From Mobula hypostoma (taxonomy: Eukaryota), in the NCBI RefSeq assembly GCF_963921235.1, contig NC_086128.1, positions 13,516,001-13,580,000 of the forward strand: a DNA stretch of 64,000 nucleotides, in the 5' to 3' direction. Below are positions 13,068 through 27,004 of this stretch, piece after piece (within the stretch, counting starts at the first letter, position 1; every line of letters starts with the position of its first letter). The notes beneath the pieces were generated by a model that worked only from the letters and a program-made list of their open reading frames with translations, had not been told where the DNA came from and did no database searches. A program made the translations under genes and the position numbers.

Positions 13068-14269
13068 ACAGTTGACGTTTCAGGCCAAGACCCTTCGTCA
13101 GGACTAACTGAAGGAAGAGCTAGAAAGAGATTTGAAAGTGGGAGGGGGAGATCCAAAATGATAGGAGAAGACAGGAGGGGGAGGGATGGAGCCAAGAGCT
13201 GGACAGGTGATTGGCAAAAGGGATATGAGAGGATCATGGGACAGGAGGCCCAGGGAGAAGGAAAAAGGGGGAGGGAGAAGGAAAAACCCAGAGGATGGGC
13301 AAGGGGTATAGTCAGAGGGACAGAGGGAGAAAAAGGAGAGTGAGAGAAAGAATGTGTGTTTATAAATAAATAACGGATGGGGTACGAGGGGGAGGTGGGG
13401 CATTAGCGGAAGTTAGAGAAGTCAGTGTTCATGCCGTCAGGTTGGAAGCTACCCAGACGGAATATAAGGTGTTGTTCCTCCAACATGAGTGTGGCTTCAT
13501 CCTTACAGTAGAGGAGGCCGTGGATAGACATGTCGGAATGGGAATGGGATGTGGAATTAAAATGTGTGGCCATTGGGAGATCCTGCTTTCTCTGGCGGAC
13601 AGAGCGTAGGTGCACGATCTGAACACCTATGCTCTATCCGCCAGAGAAAGCAGGATCTCCCAATGGCCACACATTTTAATTCCACATCCCATTCCCATTC
13701 TGATACGTCTATTCACAGCCTCCTCTACTATAAAGATGAAGCCACACTCAGGTTGGAGGAACAACACCTTATATTCTATCTGGGTAGCCTCCAACCTGAT
13801 GGCATGAACATTGACTTCTCTAACTTCCGCTAATGCCCCACCTCCCCCTCGAACCCCATCCGTTATTTGTATACACACATTCTTTCTCTCACTCTCCTTT
13901 TTCTCCCTCTGTCCCTCTGACTATACCCCTTGCCCATCCTCTGGGTTCCCCCCCTCCCCTTTTTCCTTCTCCCTGGGCCTCCTGTCCCATGATCCTCTCA
14001 TATCCCTTTTGCCAATCACCTGTCCAGCTCTTGGCTCCATCCCTCCCCCTCCTGTCTTCGCGTTTCATTTTGGATCTCCCCCTCCCCCTCCCCCTCCCCC
14101 TCCCCCTCCCCCTTTCAAATCTCTTACTAGCTCTTCCTTCAGTTAGTCCTGACGAAGGGTCTCAGCCTGAAACGCCGATTGTACCTCTTCCTGGAGATGC
14201 TGCGTTCGCCAGCAACTTTGATGTGTGTTGCTTGAATTTCCAGCATCTGCAGAATTCCTCATGTTTGTG
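13068..14269. mobile_element. Palindromic PLE insertion (two ~550-bp arms, GIY-YIG C-terminus and 3' end)
   Basis: Minus arm 13068-13612, plus arm 13619-14269; TSD ttatataattggt at 13055-13067 and 14270-14282; hammerhead motifs at 13070-13105 (-) and 14145-14180 (+). Confidence 0.93.
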
Positions 14270-14899
14270 TTATATAATTGGTGATGACTGTGAAGAATTA
14301 CCAAACCCAGCAGTATGGCTGACTTGAACCTCTAGCAGAAGAGATGTAGTCATTAAGATGGTTCACCAGTCTTGTTAGACCATAAGACACAGGAGCAGAA
14401 TTAGGCCATTCATCCATTGAGTCCTCTCCACCACTGGATTATGGGTGATTTGTTTTCCCTCTTGACCCTATTTTCCTCATAACCTTGGACACCTTTAGTA
14501 GTTGCTTCAACTTCATACATGTTAACTCAATTCTGTCCTGTTGGCAAAGTTGTATATGTTGCCCTCTTACTAAGCAATATGATTTCATAGAAATCATAAA
14601 ATACTACAAATAATAAGAATTCCTTATAATTACCTTATTGCCAAAGATGGCACTGCTGATAATATTGCATCTTTAAACTGAGCAAGGGACTAGTCATGGA
14701 GATGATCTATTGATAATTCTGGACTGCGATTAAAATTTTATCTGAAAATCAAACAGGTGTCCACCTACTTCAGCTACCACATAGCTCAATGGTTAACTGA
14801 AATGTACAGTGTGATAACGAGTTACATGGACCAGCATGTCTCGAATTCAATCTCTGTTGAGTTCATAGTACAGCAAAACTTTTTGTATCACTATGCGTG

Positions 14900-14901
<2 letters not shown>

Positions 14902-14939
<38 letters not shown>

Positions 14940-14940
14940 C
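14902..14940. repeat. (TG)n microsatellite ending in (GC)n
   Basis: Read directly. Confidence 0.95.
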
Positions 14941-17724
14941 TTTATTTATTCAGCTTAAACAAGCATAATCTGCCTTTTATGTCATTACTAAATTTCTGGT
15001 CTTCGAGAAAGGAGGCATTTCTGCCTCCAAAAATCACGGAGGATCTCCCCGCTGTTTGCTTTGGAAAAGTCATGGCTAGGGTGATCAGAGCAGTTAAGAA
15101 CTGGTCCCTGATTGGCAGTGAGGATTCCATCCACCGAGAGGCACAAAGGAAATGATTGCAACCATGTGATGACACCAAGAAAAATTCTAGTACAGAGTCA
15201 CAGCTCTGCATTATCAGCAAACTTTGATACATTGCACCTTATCTCCCGTTTAAGTCATTAATATAGAATGTAAATAGCTGGGCCCCAGTAGATTCTATAG
15301 CTTCTGTAGCTCTCCCTCTCCTCTTTTATTCAGCTTGGTTCTCCACTGAATCTGATTGCAGATTAGCAATAATTGCAATAGGTTTATGTGTCCTTGGGCC
15401 AGTGAAGGAGGGAGTAAGTCAGCTCAAAATACAGCTTTCCATTGACACCTACTGGAAAATATAGATGAGTAAACATCTGGTGAGGTCAGCATGTTTTGAT
15501 TAAATATGCCCCATCTGCATCATTACAAAGTAGCCTGCAGCCATCTCTTGTCTGGTCCCATACAAGAAGAGTAATGAAAAGCTTAAGGCATTTATGGTTC
15601 TGAATCAAATGATGGGTCTGACTGTCCAGGCCAATGTGGCAGTGAGTATATTCAAGGCACAGCTCAATAATCATCTGGTTATTATAGGCATCAAGGGCAA
15701 CAGTGTCAGTGCTCTAAAGTGGCTAAAGTAAAAATATGAATGGCAGAATTGACAGGAAGGGCTGAATGGTCTACTCCTGCTTCTATTTTTTTTTGTTCGA
15801 GTACAAGAACCCAAGAATAGTGTAAAAGAATACAGAGAGATAGGCAATATTTAAACAAAATGGAAATGTGCTTTAAGATCCCAGTGAAGGCCCGAAAACA
15901 ATTACTGGAGTAACAATTATACTTTGTCTGCTGAGGTGATTAGAAATGCAGTGGCTTCTTTGCAGCTGATGCAAACAACATTAAAGAAAGATGAGTTTTA
16001 TTGAACCACAGTCCTCACCAAAGCAAGGTTTCATTATAAATAGGATACTGAAAACCTCCCACTGTAATATGGATGAGGCAGTCAAGGGAGAAATATGCTT
16101 TTTTTTTAAACATAGGAGGCATTTGGTATTTAACTTAGAAACTACGTTGCATTTCTGTCCCATAATCATATTTTATTTCTAAGAGGAATAGTGCTCAGTT
16201 GTATAAAGTGCTGGTGAGGAATAAGTTACTGGGGTAAGGGTACATATTTTGTAGATATATACATCTGTTCCTGTCATGATATGGAGAGTATTAGTATAAC
16301 GGCTGTTGTAGCCCTTTCATCTATTCGAGTCACAAAAGAATTGTTAAACTAATAATTGTTGACTGGCGTGAAGAACCTTACATACCCAGAACTAGGAAAG
16401 TAAATCCATAAGGCAGCAAAAAGTTGACATTTGTAGGATAAAGTAAGATAATTTGCTCTAACTATATGCCTCAGGAAATACAAAAATAATCCATCCACTG
16501 CCTCACATTTTATTAAAAAAGCAAGGTGAAATAAGCTGCAGGACAATATTGGTTGCTTTTGTGATATTGTACCATGGATGAACGACAACTTTGTATCAAG
16601 AAAACCATTTTGTTGTCAATAGATTAATCAAATAGAGCAAAATTGAAAGGGAAGTTATAAGAATTAATGGCTCTCTGGCACTATGGAATATATCATTTGT
16701 TAGATCATAAAGTATTTTCTATCAATCCCACAAAGAGCTACAGCACTCTTACTTCCATTCCTAATAATGATCCAAATACTTTGAAAACCAAATATGGATT
16801 TATTGGACTCCATTCTACAGAATTTTACTCAAGGGATCTTTATTATTTAATACTACAAACTAGTTTGAATGGTTGAGCCACATTTTGAAATTTACAACAC
16901 TTGAGAACATTCAATAGTAGTAATAAATTGCATTGATTGTGAGTAACATTATTTGATTTTCTAATAGTATGGCATTTTCATTATATTACATTTCAATCCA
17001 TTTGGGAAGGAAATGATACAAACCAAGTTGAGATACATATATTACAGACCTGTTCTCCTCCATTTGTTGTTCATTCTAATCCTGTTAGCAACATTATTAT
17101 GTTCCGAGCAGGAGATTATCTTTCTATCTAGCCTACAGTTCCACACTATTTATCAATTTTCTTAATGTTTCTGAAACCTACAATTTCAGATCTCCTTTCC
17201 CAGTCATTTAGTCTTTCTTTAAAAGTATCCATTGCTTTCTGGTCTACCAGCCCCAGAGGTAATTTAGCTTACAACTCATGCTCTTATGACAAAATTTCTT
17301 ATTTTCTCTTGACATCCTTCAACCTTTTGCCCAATGTAAGAAAATACCCCGAGTTTGAACATTCCCTACCTCTGAAAAGTCCGCCATTAGTTTCAGGAAT
17401 CAACCTTGTGGATCTGACATATTCCAAGATGAGCTCTCAGTTTCGCTAACATCCAGACTGCCTTTCATTGTTCAGGGTAGTATGCTTCGTAAAAACCCCA
17501 GAGCATTGAAATTTACTTGACTCTTCTCAACATCAGCTAATAATAATTATGCACCATTTCAGAAGTGACAAATTACAGTAGAGTGCTGTAAAGGCCTTCA
17601 AATATGTTGTTGTCAGTTGTCCCTGGTACAGAAGAGAAGCACTTTGTGGTGTTATAACTGAACTACAGATGGCAAAATGACAAATGGGTATTTGAGGTAG
17701 ATGGCCAAGGTAACATGCAGTTAT

Positions 17725-18387
17725 CAAGTCATGCAAGTCACTGGGGAAATGTGTAATGGTAACACAATCCATTCCTTAACATGAGGGACTAGACAGGTAT
17801 CCAGCTCTTATATCCAAACAGATAAAAAGAGAGAAAAAGGAACTGAAGAAAAAAAGAGAAAGAAAGGTCAACACTGCATTGGTACAGCAACTTATTTTAT
17901 CTGTCAGAAATGTCGTACAGCATTTTACTTAACATGAATTATTTCTGAAACACATTCACTATTATGTAGACGAGCTGAACCAGAGCTGTCCAGCCATGAC
18001 TCGCCCTCTATATTCCCTTGGGTTCCTGTGAAGAACCTGACTTCCATTTGACACTTCTCTTAATTGCATGGTCAGCATTGGAAAGTTGTCATCCATTAGA
18101 ACTAACCCTTGCAGAAATAAGGCCAAAGTCACTGGAGCAGTTAATGCTGAAGCATCACAAGACTTGCAGTTGCCACGGTAAATCAGAATCTTTTCCCAAA
18201 TGGTGGATTTGGATTGTTTAGTGATTTCAAATATATTCATAAGCTTAAGTGATAAACATCGATTGTCACAAACTCTGGTCCTTTCAAATGTTATAGCTCT
18301 GCTGAATTCAGATTCAGTTTTGCTGTCTTGCTCCAATAAAACAATATGGGGACTGTACTCCATTGTACATCTCATACCAAAATACAC
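17725..18387 (-). pseudogene. Very decayed PIF/Harbinger transposase catalytic domain
   Basis: MEYSPHIVL (cf. IDCTHIAL), KSCDASAL (cf. GSCHDAFIL), LQGLVLMDDNFP (cf. GWLLGDKGYP), FICLD at 17812-17826 (cf. FRCLD), LHDL (cf. LHN), all collinear. Confidence 0.5.
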
Positions 18388-19410
18388 TTACAAGTTGAAC
18401 ACAATAAGTTAGCCAAATATAAAGCACTGAAACATGGTCTATGCTCACTTACATTTTGACATAGTCCATTCCTACTATGTAGTTAGTTGTGTTTTGTTAG
18501 GCAGCCTTGCAGTAATGTTAATTTTTCACTATAATAACCACTAGGGGCTATGGAACAAGGATATACACATAATTTCAGACTAAAGTACAAGTTAAGTCAC
18601 GTGTATGATAATATCATTCCATTGTTTACGCACATAACTTGGTTACATGTTTACCTCCAGAGATACCAGACAGCTTTCTATCTTTGAAAAACCAGTTCAG
18701 CCTGTTAACTGGCTTTCTCAGATGCTTGGCTTCTTCCCCTATGCATGATTTGCTCATTGGCATTGTAGTTATGGGTGGTCTAACAAATATGTGACACCTG
18801 ACTCATCTCACTGTTGATTTATGCTTCCTTTTCAGTGGTTGGTTCTAGATCCACTATTGGAATAAATTCATCATTATACAGGCACAAGAGACTGCAGATG
18901 CTGAAATTCAGAGTAAAATAACATGAGCTGCAGGCATGAGGGGCTGAATGGCCTACTTCTCTTCTGCTTTGTATGTTTGAAGACAAGCTGCTGCTATTCA
19001 GAGCTGTATTTCTTTTATCTTTTCTTATATTTCTTATAAGAAAATACTTATTACATTAATTTTAGAAATATTCATTGTTAAACTCTGGTCATTTAGTCAA
19101 AACCTCGTTACTTCCTACCATTTCTATTCGTAGCTTAGAAGCTATACGATTTCAATTTTGCTCTTTTTGAATCAGCTTTGATTTAATGCAAACTCCATCT
19201 TTGCATTTACCCATTGGATTTTTTTTTTTTTTTATATAAACTGTGCAGGGTAATGTTGCCAGCACTGTTCTAATTAGTTATTTAGGTTTGGGATTTGAAT
19301 AGCTTAGCTTTACCTCAGTTCTTTTGTCACACGTAACACACTTTGCCTCCTTCAAGGAATCTAGTGTAGTTAGTGGCTGTCATCAACTTTGTATACGTCA
19401 CTTACACTCA

Positions 19411-19972
19411 GTTCCTTAAGGTTGTTATAGCCGGGGGTGATAATGGGGATAAGCTCCCCCTACCTATTAAATGCTCCTAATGGCGTAGGTCTCAAATAGC
19501 CTCTGACAACCAAGTCCAGCTCCTGGCCATCAGGTGTGGCTTAGCTACTAAACCCGGCAGAACCATCTCTACTGACAGGAGAAGGGGCAAAAGTGGGTTA
19601 CTGGCCCCTTAAAACCAGTCACTTCTGGTAGATGGGGCTTGTCAGCCGTGGTTAGCAGCTCATCTAGAAGGAAAACTCTAATCTCAAACCTTGGCTGCCT
19701 TGCAGCTATACCCACTCATGGGGAAGGCTTCGGGAGCAAACCCAGAGGAAAATTCCGGAGCTGGAGTCTAAGGCAATCCAACATTGAGTTCAATGCTGAC
19801 TGGCGCCAAACTGTATCGGTCTCTGCTGTTCCGTTGGGCTTATCAGATTCATGGAGAGGGGGAGCTTGCTATATAGACAACAGCTTGCTCTCCATATCGT
19901 ATGGCCCAGGCTTGCATATCCAGACAGTTATGATGCAATAACCATGGTCAACCCTGACTGACTGAGGCCTCA
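19411..19972 (+). mobile_element. Short non-autonomous retroelement with RTE-like 5' UTR motifs
   Basis: Exact 13-bp TSD tcacttacactca at 19398-19410 and 19973-19985; agaaggaaaactct..aaacc motif recalled from RTE 5' UTRs. Confidence 0.65.
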
Positions 19973-20089
19973 TCACTTACACTCATCTAGTGTTGACTTT
20001 GCTCGGAGGGAGGTGACAGGCAGGTGGGGAGAAAAGAAGGGGTGAGATGGTAACCAGAATGGAGATTTTACCCATTAAATTCAACTTTC

Positions 20090-20697
20090 CATTAGCCATT
20101 TCAATTTGACTTCCCATTCCCATTCTGACATGTCTGTCCATGGCCTCCTTTACTGCCATAATAAGGTTAAACTCCATTTCCATTCCATTTGGGAAACCTC
20201 CAACCTGATGGCATGAACATAGATTTCGCTAACTTTCAGCAATTTCTCCCCCCTCCCTCCTTTTAGTTTTCCATTCCACTTACATTCTCACCCCTTGTAT
20301 CTCCTCAGCTGCCCATCACCTCCCTTTGGTTCCTCTCCTCCTTCCCTTTCTTCCATGGTCCACAATCCTCTCCTATCTAGCTCCTTCTTCTTCAGCCCTT
20401 TACATCTTCTACCTATCACCTCCCAGCTTATTACTTCATCCCCCTTCCCTTCCCCTCCCCACCTCCCTTCCCCCTCACCTGGTTTCACCTATATCACCTG
20501 CCAGCTTGCATTCCTCCCCTCCTCCAACCTTCTTGTTCTGGACTCTGGCCTTTCCTTTCCAGTCCTGATGAAGGGTCTCGTCTCAAAACATCAACTATTC
20601 ATTCCCCTCCACAGATGCTGCTTGACTTGTTGAGTTCCTTCAGCATTTTGTGTGTGTTGCTCAAGATTTCCAGCGTCTACAAAATCTTTTGTGTGTA
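20090..20697 (+). mobile_element. Older PLE 3' fragment with decayed hammerhead (20561-20596)
   Basis: Homologous to 7230-7807. Confidence 0.8.
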
Positions 20698-22803
20698 TTG
20701 TAGTTAAAGGTTTCTTTTCCCCCCCCCAACTGAAAAATCCAGGAAAAATTAGCTTTTATCACAGCTTAAGTTCTGAGAGTGCTTTACTAAACCTTAAGCT
20801 TGGATTTTTAACCTAAAACATCTGCTAGTCACAGGCTGAGTTCAGGTCAAATTTTAATTTTTAACTCACCCATTTGTTCTCTCTCATCAGGAGAGATGTA
20901 AATAAGGCATCAGACTCAAACCCACCTGCTTCCTGCCAAGCAGGTTCATTTTAAATTGAGGCTTTAATAATAAATACCTCCACAGCAGAACATGAAAGTT
21001 GAAAATTAGAATTTTGCTTTGTAAAAAAAAGTATCAGACGTTTGGCTGCAGCTTAGAAATTTTCAGGTAATCCACTCAATAATCAAACCATCTTGTCCAC
21101 ACCAAAGGAGAAAGGACAGTGAGGTTAAACATTCAAAGATATTGAGATAGTGCCTTCTTTTCTAATTGCCACTGTAATTGGGTCAGCTGCACTTGATTTT
21201 CCAGTTAGACATCTTTCTTCAGCAATGACAAGTCTGAATGGGAAGTGGGGATTCATTGTGTAATGACTTTGCAATTTGAAAATAAGTTAAATTGTTCTGT
21301 GGTATAGCACACCAATGCATTAAAATAAGGCCCATTGCAGCACTGCATATTTATGTCTGTGCCTTATAAGACTATAAGAAATAGAAGCAGAATTAGGCCA
21401 CTCAGCCCATCGAGTCTGCTGCACCATTTGATCATGGCTGATTTACATTTCCTCTCATCCCCATTCCCCTGCATTCTCCCCGTAACCTTTTACACCCTTA
21501 CTAATCAAGAATCTATCAATCTCCGCTTTAAATATACCCATTGACAGCCTCCACAGATTCACCACACTCTAGCTAAAGAAATTCATCTTCATCTGTGTTC
21601 TAAAGGGACGTTCTTCTATTTTGAGGCTCTGGTTATAGACTCTTTCACAATTTGAGACATCCTCTCCATAACCGCTCTATCCAGGCCTTTCAATATTTGG
21701 TAAGCCTCGATGAGATCCTCTGTCATCCTCCTCAATTCCACTGAGTACAGGCCCAGAGCCATCAAATGCTTCTCACATTTTTACCCTTTCATACCTATAA
21801 CACATGAATTTAAACATCTTCTAGACCCTCTCCAACACCAGCAGGTCCTTCCTTAGATAAGGGGCCCAAAACTGCTCACAATACTCCAAGTGAGGCTTCA
21901 CCAGTGCTTTATAAAGCCTCAGCATTACATCCCCTTGCTTTTACAATCTAGTCCTCTTGAAATAAATGCTAACAATGCATTTACCTTCCTCACCACAGAC
22001 TCAACCTGCAAATTAACCTTCAGGGAATCATGCACAAGGACTCCCAAGTCCCTTTGCAACTCTGATTTTTGGATTTTCTACCCATTAAGAAAATAACCTA
22101 CACTTTTATTCCTTCTACCAAAGTGTATGACCATACACTTCCCCATATTGTATTCCATCTGCCACCTTTGTCTATTATCCAAATCTGTCTAAGTCCTTCT
22201 GTAGACCTCCTGCTTTCTCAACACTACCTGCCCCTTCACTTACCTTTGAATCATCTACACATTTGGCCACAAAGACATCAAATCTGTCATCCAGATAATT
22301 AACATACAAGGTGAAAAGAAGTGGGCTCACCATCACTGGCAGCCAACAAGGCCCCCTTTATTCCCAGTCTGCCTCCTGCCAGTCAGCCAATCTTCTATCC
22401 ATGCTAGAACCTTTCCTGCAATACCACAAGCTCCTAATTTGTTTAGCAACCTCATATGCAACACCTTGTCAAAAGCCTCTGAAAATCCAAGTAAACAACA
22501 TCCACTGACTCTTTGTATATCCTGACAGTTATTTCCTCAAAGAATTCTAACAGACTTGTCAGGCAAAATCTGTGCTACCTCAAAACCTCATCCTCAATAA
22601 TGACTATAAAATCTTGTCAACCACTGAAGTCAGGCTAACTGACCTATAATTTGTCTTTTCCCTCCTCTTTTTTTTAAAAAAAGAGGAGTGACATTTGTGA
22701 TTTTCCAGTCCTCCGGAACAATTCCAGAATTTAGTGATTCTTGAAAGACCACTAATGCCTTCACAAGCTCTTCAGCTACCTCTTTCAGAAACCTGGGGTG
22801 TAG

Positions 22804-23082
22804 CTCCCCCCCTCCCCCTTTTCCTTCTCCCTGGCCTCCTGTCCCATGATCCTCTCATATCCCCTTTGCCAATCACCTGTCCAGCTCTTGGCTCCATCCC
22901 TCCCCCTCCTGTCTTCTCCTATCATTTTGGATCTCCCCCTCCCCCTCCCACTTTCAAATCTCTTACTAGCTCTTCCTTCAGTGAGTCCTGACGAAGGGTC
23001 TCAGCCCGAAATGTCGACTATACCTCTTCCTAGAGATGCTGCCTGGCCTGCTGCATTCACCAGCAACTTCGATGTGTGTTGT
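22804..23082 (+). mobile_element. PLE 3'-end fragment with hammerhead motif (22984-23019)
   Basis: Homologous to 13950-14230; short duplication gtgtag at 22798-22803 and 23083-23088. Confidence 0.88.
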
Positions 23083-23786
23083 GTGTAGTTCATCAGGTCC
23101 AGTTGATTTAACTACCTTTAAACCTTTCAGCTTCCTGAGCATCTTCTCTTTAGTATTAGCAACTACACTCACTTCTACTCTCTGACTACCTCAAATTTCT
23201 GGCATACTCCTGGTGTCTTCCATAGCGAAGACCGATGCAAAGTACTGTACATATTCAGTTTGTCTGCCAATTCTCTGTTCCCAATTACTACTTCTCTAGT
23301 GTCATTTTTCAGTGGTCCGATATCCACTATCACCTCTGTTTTACTCATTATACATTTGTAAAAACTTTGGTATCCACTTTTATATTATTGGCTAGCATAG
23401 CTTAATATTCCATTGTTTCTCCCCAGTTGCTTACCTCCTAGTTGCTTTCTGTTAGTTTTTAAAAGCTTCCCAATCCTCTAGCTCCACACTAAATTTTGCC
23501 CTCTCTTTTGCCTTTATGCTGCTTTAACTTTCCTTGGCAGCCACGTTTGCCTCATCCTCCCTTCAGAATGTTTCTTCTTCTTTGGGATGAACCAATCCTA
23601 TGTCTTCTGAGTTGCTCCCAGAAACACCAGCCATTGCTGCTCTATTGTTATCCCTGTTAGGGTCCCCTTCCAAACAATTTTGGCCAGCTCCTCTCTCATG
23701 CCTCTGTAGTTCCCTTTACTCCACTATAATACTGATACATCCGACTTCAGCTTCTTCTTAAACTGAAAGGTGAATTCTATCATATT

Positions 23787-24920
23787 CTATCAAGCATTTG
23801 ACAAGGTACCCCATGCAAGGCTTATTGAGAAAGTAAGGAGGCATGGGATCCAAGGGGACATTGCTTTGTGGATCCAGAACTGGCTTGCCCACAGAAGGAA
23901 AAGAGTGGTTGCAGACGGGTCATATTCTGCATGGAGATCAGTCACCAGTGGTGTGCCTCAGGGATCTGTTCTGGGACCCCTACTCTTCGTGATTTTTATA
24001 AATGACCTGGATGAGGAAGTGGAGGGATGGGTTAGTAAACTTGCTGATGACACAAAGGTTGGGGGTGTTGTGGATAGTGTGGAGGACTGTCAGAGGTTAC
24101 AGCGGGACATCGATAGGATGCAAAACTGGATGAGAAGTGGTAGATGGAGTTCAGCCCAGATAATTGGGAGGTGGTTCATTTTGGTAGGTCAAATATGATG
24201 GCAGAATATAGTATTAATGGTAAGACTCTTGACAGTGTGGAGAATCAGAGGGATTTTGGGATTTTGCACAGGTTGACTGTGTGGTTAAGAAGGTGCATTC
24301 GCCTTCATCAACTGTGGGATTGAGTTCAAGAGCCGAGAGGTAATGTTACAGCTATATACGACCCTGATCAGACCCCACTTGGAGTACTGTGCCCAGTTCT
24401 GGTCACCTCACTACAGGAAGGATGTGGAAACTATAGAAAGGGTGCAGAGGAGATTTACAAGGATGTCGCCTGGATTGGGAGAACATGCCTTATGAGAATA
24501 GGTTGAGTGATTTTAGCCTTTTCTCCTTGGAGTGGCGGAGGATGAGAGGTGACCTGATAGAAGTATATAAGATGATGAGGTATTGATCGTGTGGATAGTC
24601 AGAGGTTTTTCCCCCCCAGGGCAGAAATGGGTAACACGAGAGGGCACAGTTTTAAGGTGCTTGGAAGTAGGTACAGAGAGGATGTCAGAGGCAAGTTTTC
24701 TTTTTAATTATTACACAGAGTGGTGAGTGTGTAGAATGGGCTGCTGGCGACAGTGGTGGAGGTGGATACAATAGGGTCTTTTAAGAGGCTCCTGGATAGG
24801 TACATGGAGCTTAGAAAAATAGAGGGCTATGGGTAACCCTAGGTAATTTCTAAAGTACATGCTGGGCACAGCATTGTGGGCTGAAGAGCCTGTATTGAGG
24901 TGTAGGTTTTCTATGTTTCT
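23787..24920 (+). mobile_element. CR1 LINE RT fragment
   Basis: [33 protein letters not shown]; (tttctatg) tail. Confidence 0.93.
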
Positions 24921-26299
24921 ATATTATGATCACTCTCTCCTAAGGGTTCCTTTACCTTAAGCTTCCTAATCAAATCTCATTCATTACACAACACCCAATC
25001 CAGAATTGCCTTTTCCCTAGTGAGCTTGACCACAAGCTACTCTAAAAAGCCATCTCATAATCATTCTATAAATTCCTTCTCTTGGGATCTAGCACCAGCA
25101 TGATTTTCCCCATCTACCTGCTTATTGTAATCCCCCATGACTATCATAACATTGCCCTTATTACATGCCTTTTCTATCTCCCTTTGTAATTCATATCCCA
25201 CATTCTGGCTACTCTTCGATGCCTGTATATAACTCCCATCAGGGTCTTTTTATCCCTGCAGTTTCTTAACTCTACCTACAGAGACTCTACATCTTCCAAT
25301 CCTATGTCATTTCTTTAAGGATTTGATTTCATTCTTTATCAACAGAGCCAGCCCACTCCACACCCTCTGTCTACCTGCCTGTCCTTTCGATACATGATCT
25401 TCTTTCAGCCACAGTTGTACCTGCATCTTTCTAGTATGAGCTCATCTAACTTGTTTTGTACACTGCATGTATTCAAGCACCTTCAGTCCTGTATTCACTA
25501 CCCCTTTCTTAAATTTATCTCCATCTTGACTATATTCTGTAAAGTACGCCTATTGCTTTCAATCATGGATGATTAAAAGCAATAGAAGTTACAGACGAGG
25601 AAAAGATGGCCATATGTTATAAAGCGAGAAGCTCTAAAATTTGTTTTATGCAAAATATTCTATGTTTGCAATTTTAAAAAAAGGACAAGTCTCAGTAACG
25701 GTGACCATGAATACAGAATTGTTAAAGAAGTCCATCTGTTTCCTTAATATACATTAGGAAGAAATCTGCCATCCTTACCCAGTCTTGACCAGATGTGAAT
25801 CCAGATTTACAAATATGGTTGAATATTAACTAGCTGCTCAGCTCAGGGGCAATTGGCAATGGACAATAAATGCTGCCATGAAAAAGTAAATGAGAAAGAA
25901 TTTATTCATATTTGTGGACGCAACCTCTTCTTTTATTTATCGTCATCGTTTCCAAAGGAGATCCATCTAGGATTGTTCACAAGGCTGTTTCCAATGTTAC
26001 ACCAATAAGATATAAATGTCTCCACCTGGCAAAGCCAGTGGTATCTGAACATAATTGATGTTGTCCAGCAGGATGCTGAGTAATAGTATTTGACCCATGT
26101 ATTGCATGCAAGTGCCAAGAACTGACAAGTACTACATGACCTTTTTCAATAAGCAAAGCCACGACTGTGTCATTAAGCTCATGATTTGTGACCAATAGCT
26201 GAAGATATGCAATATGATTTACCAGAGTGACATTTACAATGCCTGCATTAATAATGGAGCCTGCAACTGATCACTCCTGTGGGTCTCTGCTGGATCACA

Positions 26300-26845
26300 A
26301 TTTCAAGAGGATTTGAGCACAAGGTGGAACTGTCTTGCTCCAATTATGTAGGATGCTGATGAGACTACACTTGGAACAAAATGCACAAGTCTTGTCTCCC
26401 TATATAACGAAGGGTAATCAAAATTGCAACAGACTGAGTACTGAAATAAGGGGGGGGGGTTGTCATATAAGGGAGAGATTAAGCAGACTAGACCCTAACT
26501 CACTAGAGTTTAGAAGAATATCAAGGTTGAGTTTATCAGTCAAGTTTACTGTTTTGTGTACAAGTACATATTGTGCCACACAAGTACAATAAAAAACTTA
26601 CTCGCAGCAGCATCACGGATACTTGGCATCAGATAAACAGTATTCACAAGAGAAACAAATGAAAGATAAATTATACACAATTTTTACAAGAAAACACAAT
26701 TAGAACAAAAAATGGGAGGTGGTTTCATCGAAATATAAAATTCCACAGGGCTGGATGAGATAGGTGTGAGGTGTAGATTACCCTAGCTGGCGTATTTCAA
26801 ACCAGGGGTCACAGGCTCAGAATAAGGGGTCAAATAATCAGGACT
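26300..26845 (+). mobile_element. Old CR1 3' fragment with an inserted retroelement 3' end (~26520-26715, minus)
   Basis: LQLCRMLMRLHLEQ and SLEFRR are decayed CR1 motifs. Confidence 0.65.
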
Positions 26846-27004
26846 TTTCCAGCACTTGTTTTTATTTCAGATGTAGTTTATTTTATTTTCACCTGCTATA
26901 ACTCACCAGTGGTGTTTAAAACCAGCCCACTTCTCTTAAAGAGGTACATCGTGACCGAGAGGTATTCTAGAGCTGAAGCTGCCTGGGAGAGATTCAGGAG
27001 TGGG

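Larger units (their letters stand above)
21365..25490 (-). mobile_element. Long CR1 LINE (endonuclease to RT, decayed) with nested PLE and CR1
   Basis: (cttatag) tail at the left end, reverse-strand CR1 motifs (LKGLKVVKSTGPDELH); interrupted at 22804-23082 and ~23787-24920. Confidence 0.88.

Noticed and set aside
13833-14327. Recurrent Pro/Leu/Ser-rich ORFs ending SPDEGSRPETST (also 42300-42725, 50504-51007)
   Set aside because: Translations of the pyrimidine-rich PLE 3' region; the conserved peptide merely reflects the hammerhead RNA motif.
19425-19620. Possible HDV-like ribozyme at the 5' end of RTE-like short elements (also 58628-58740)
   Set aside because: Some P1-like pairings exist but I could not build the nested double pseudoknot by eye.
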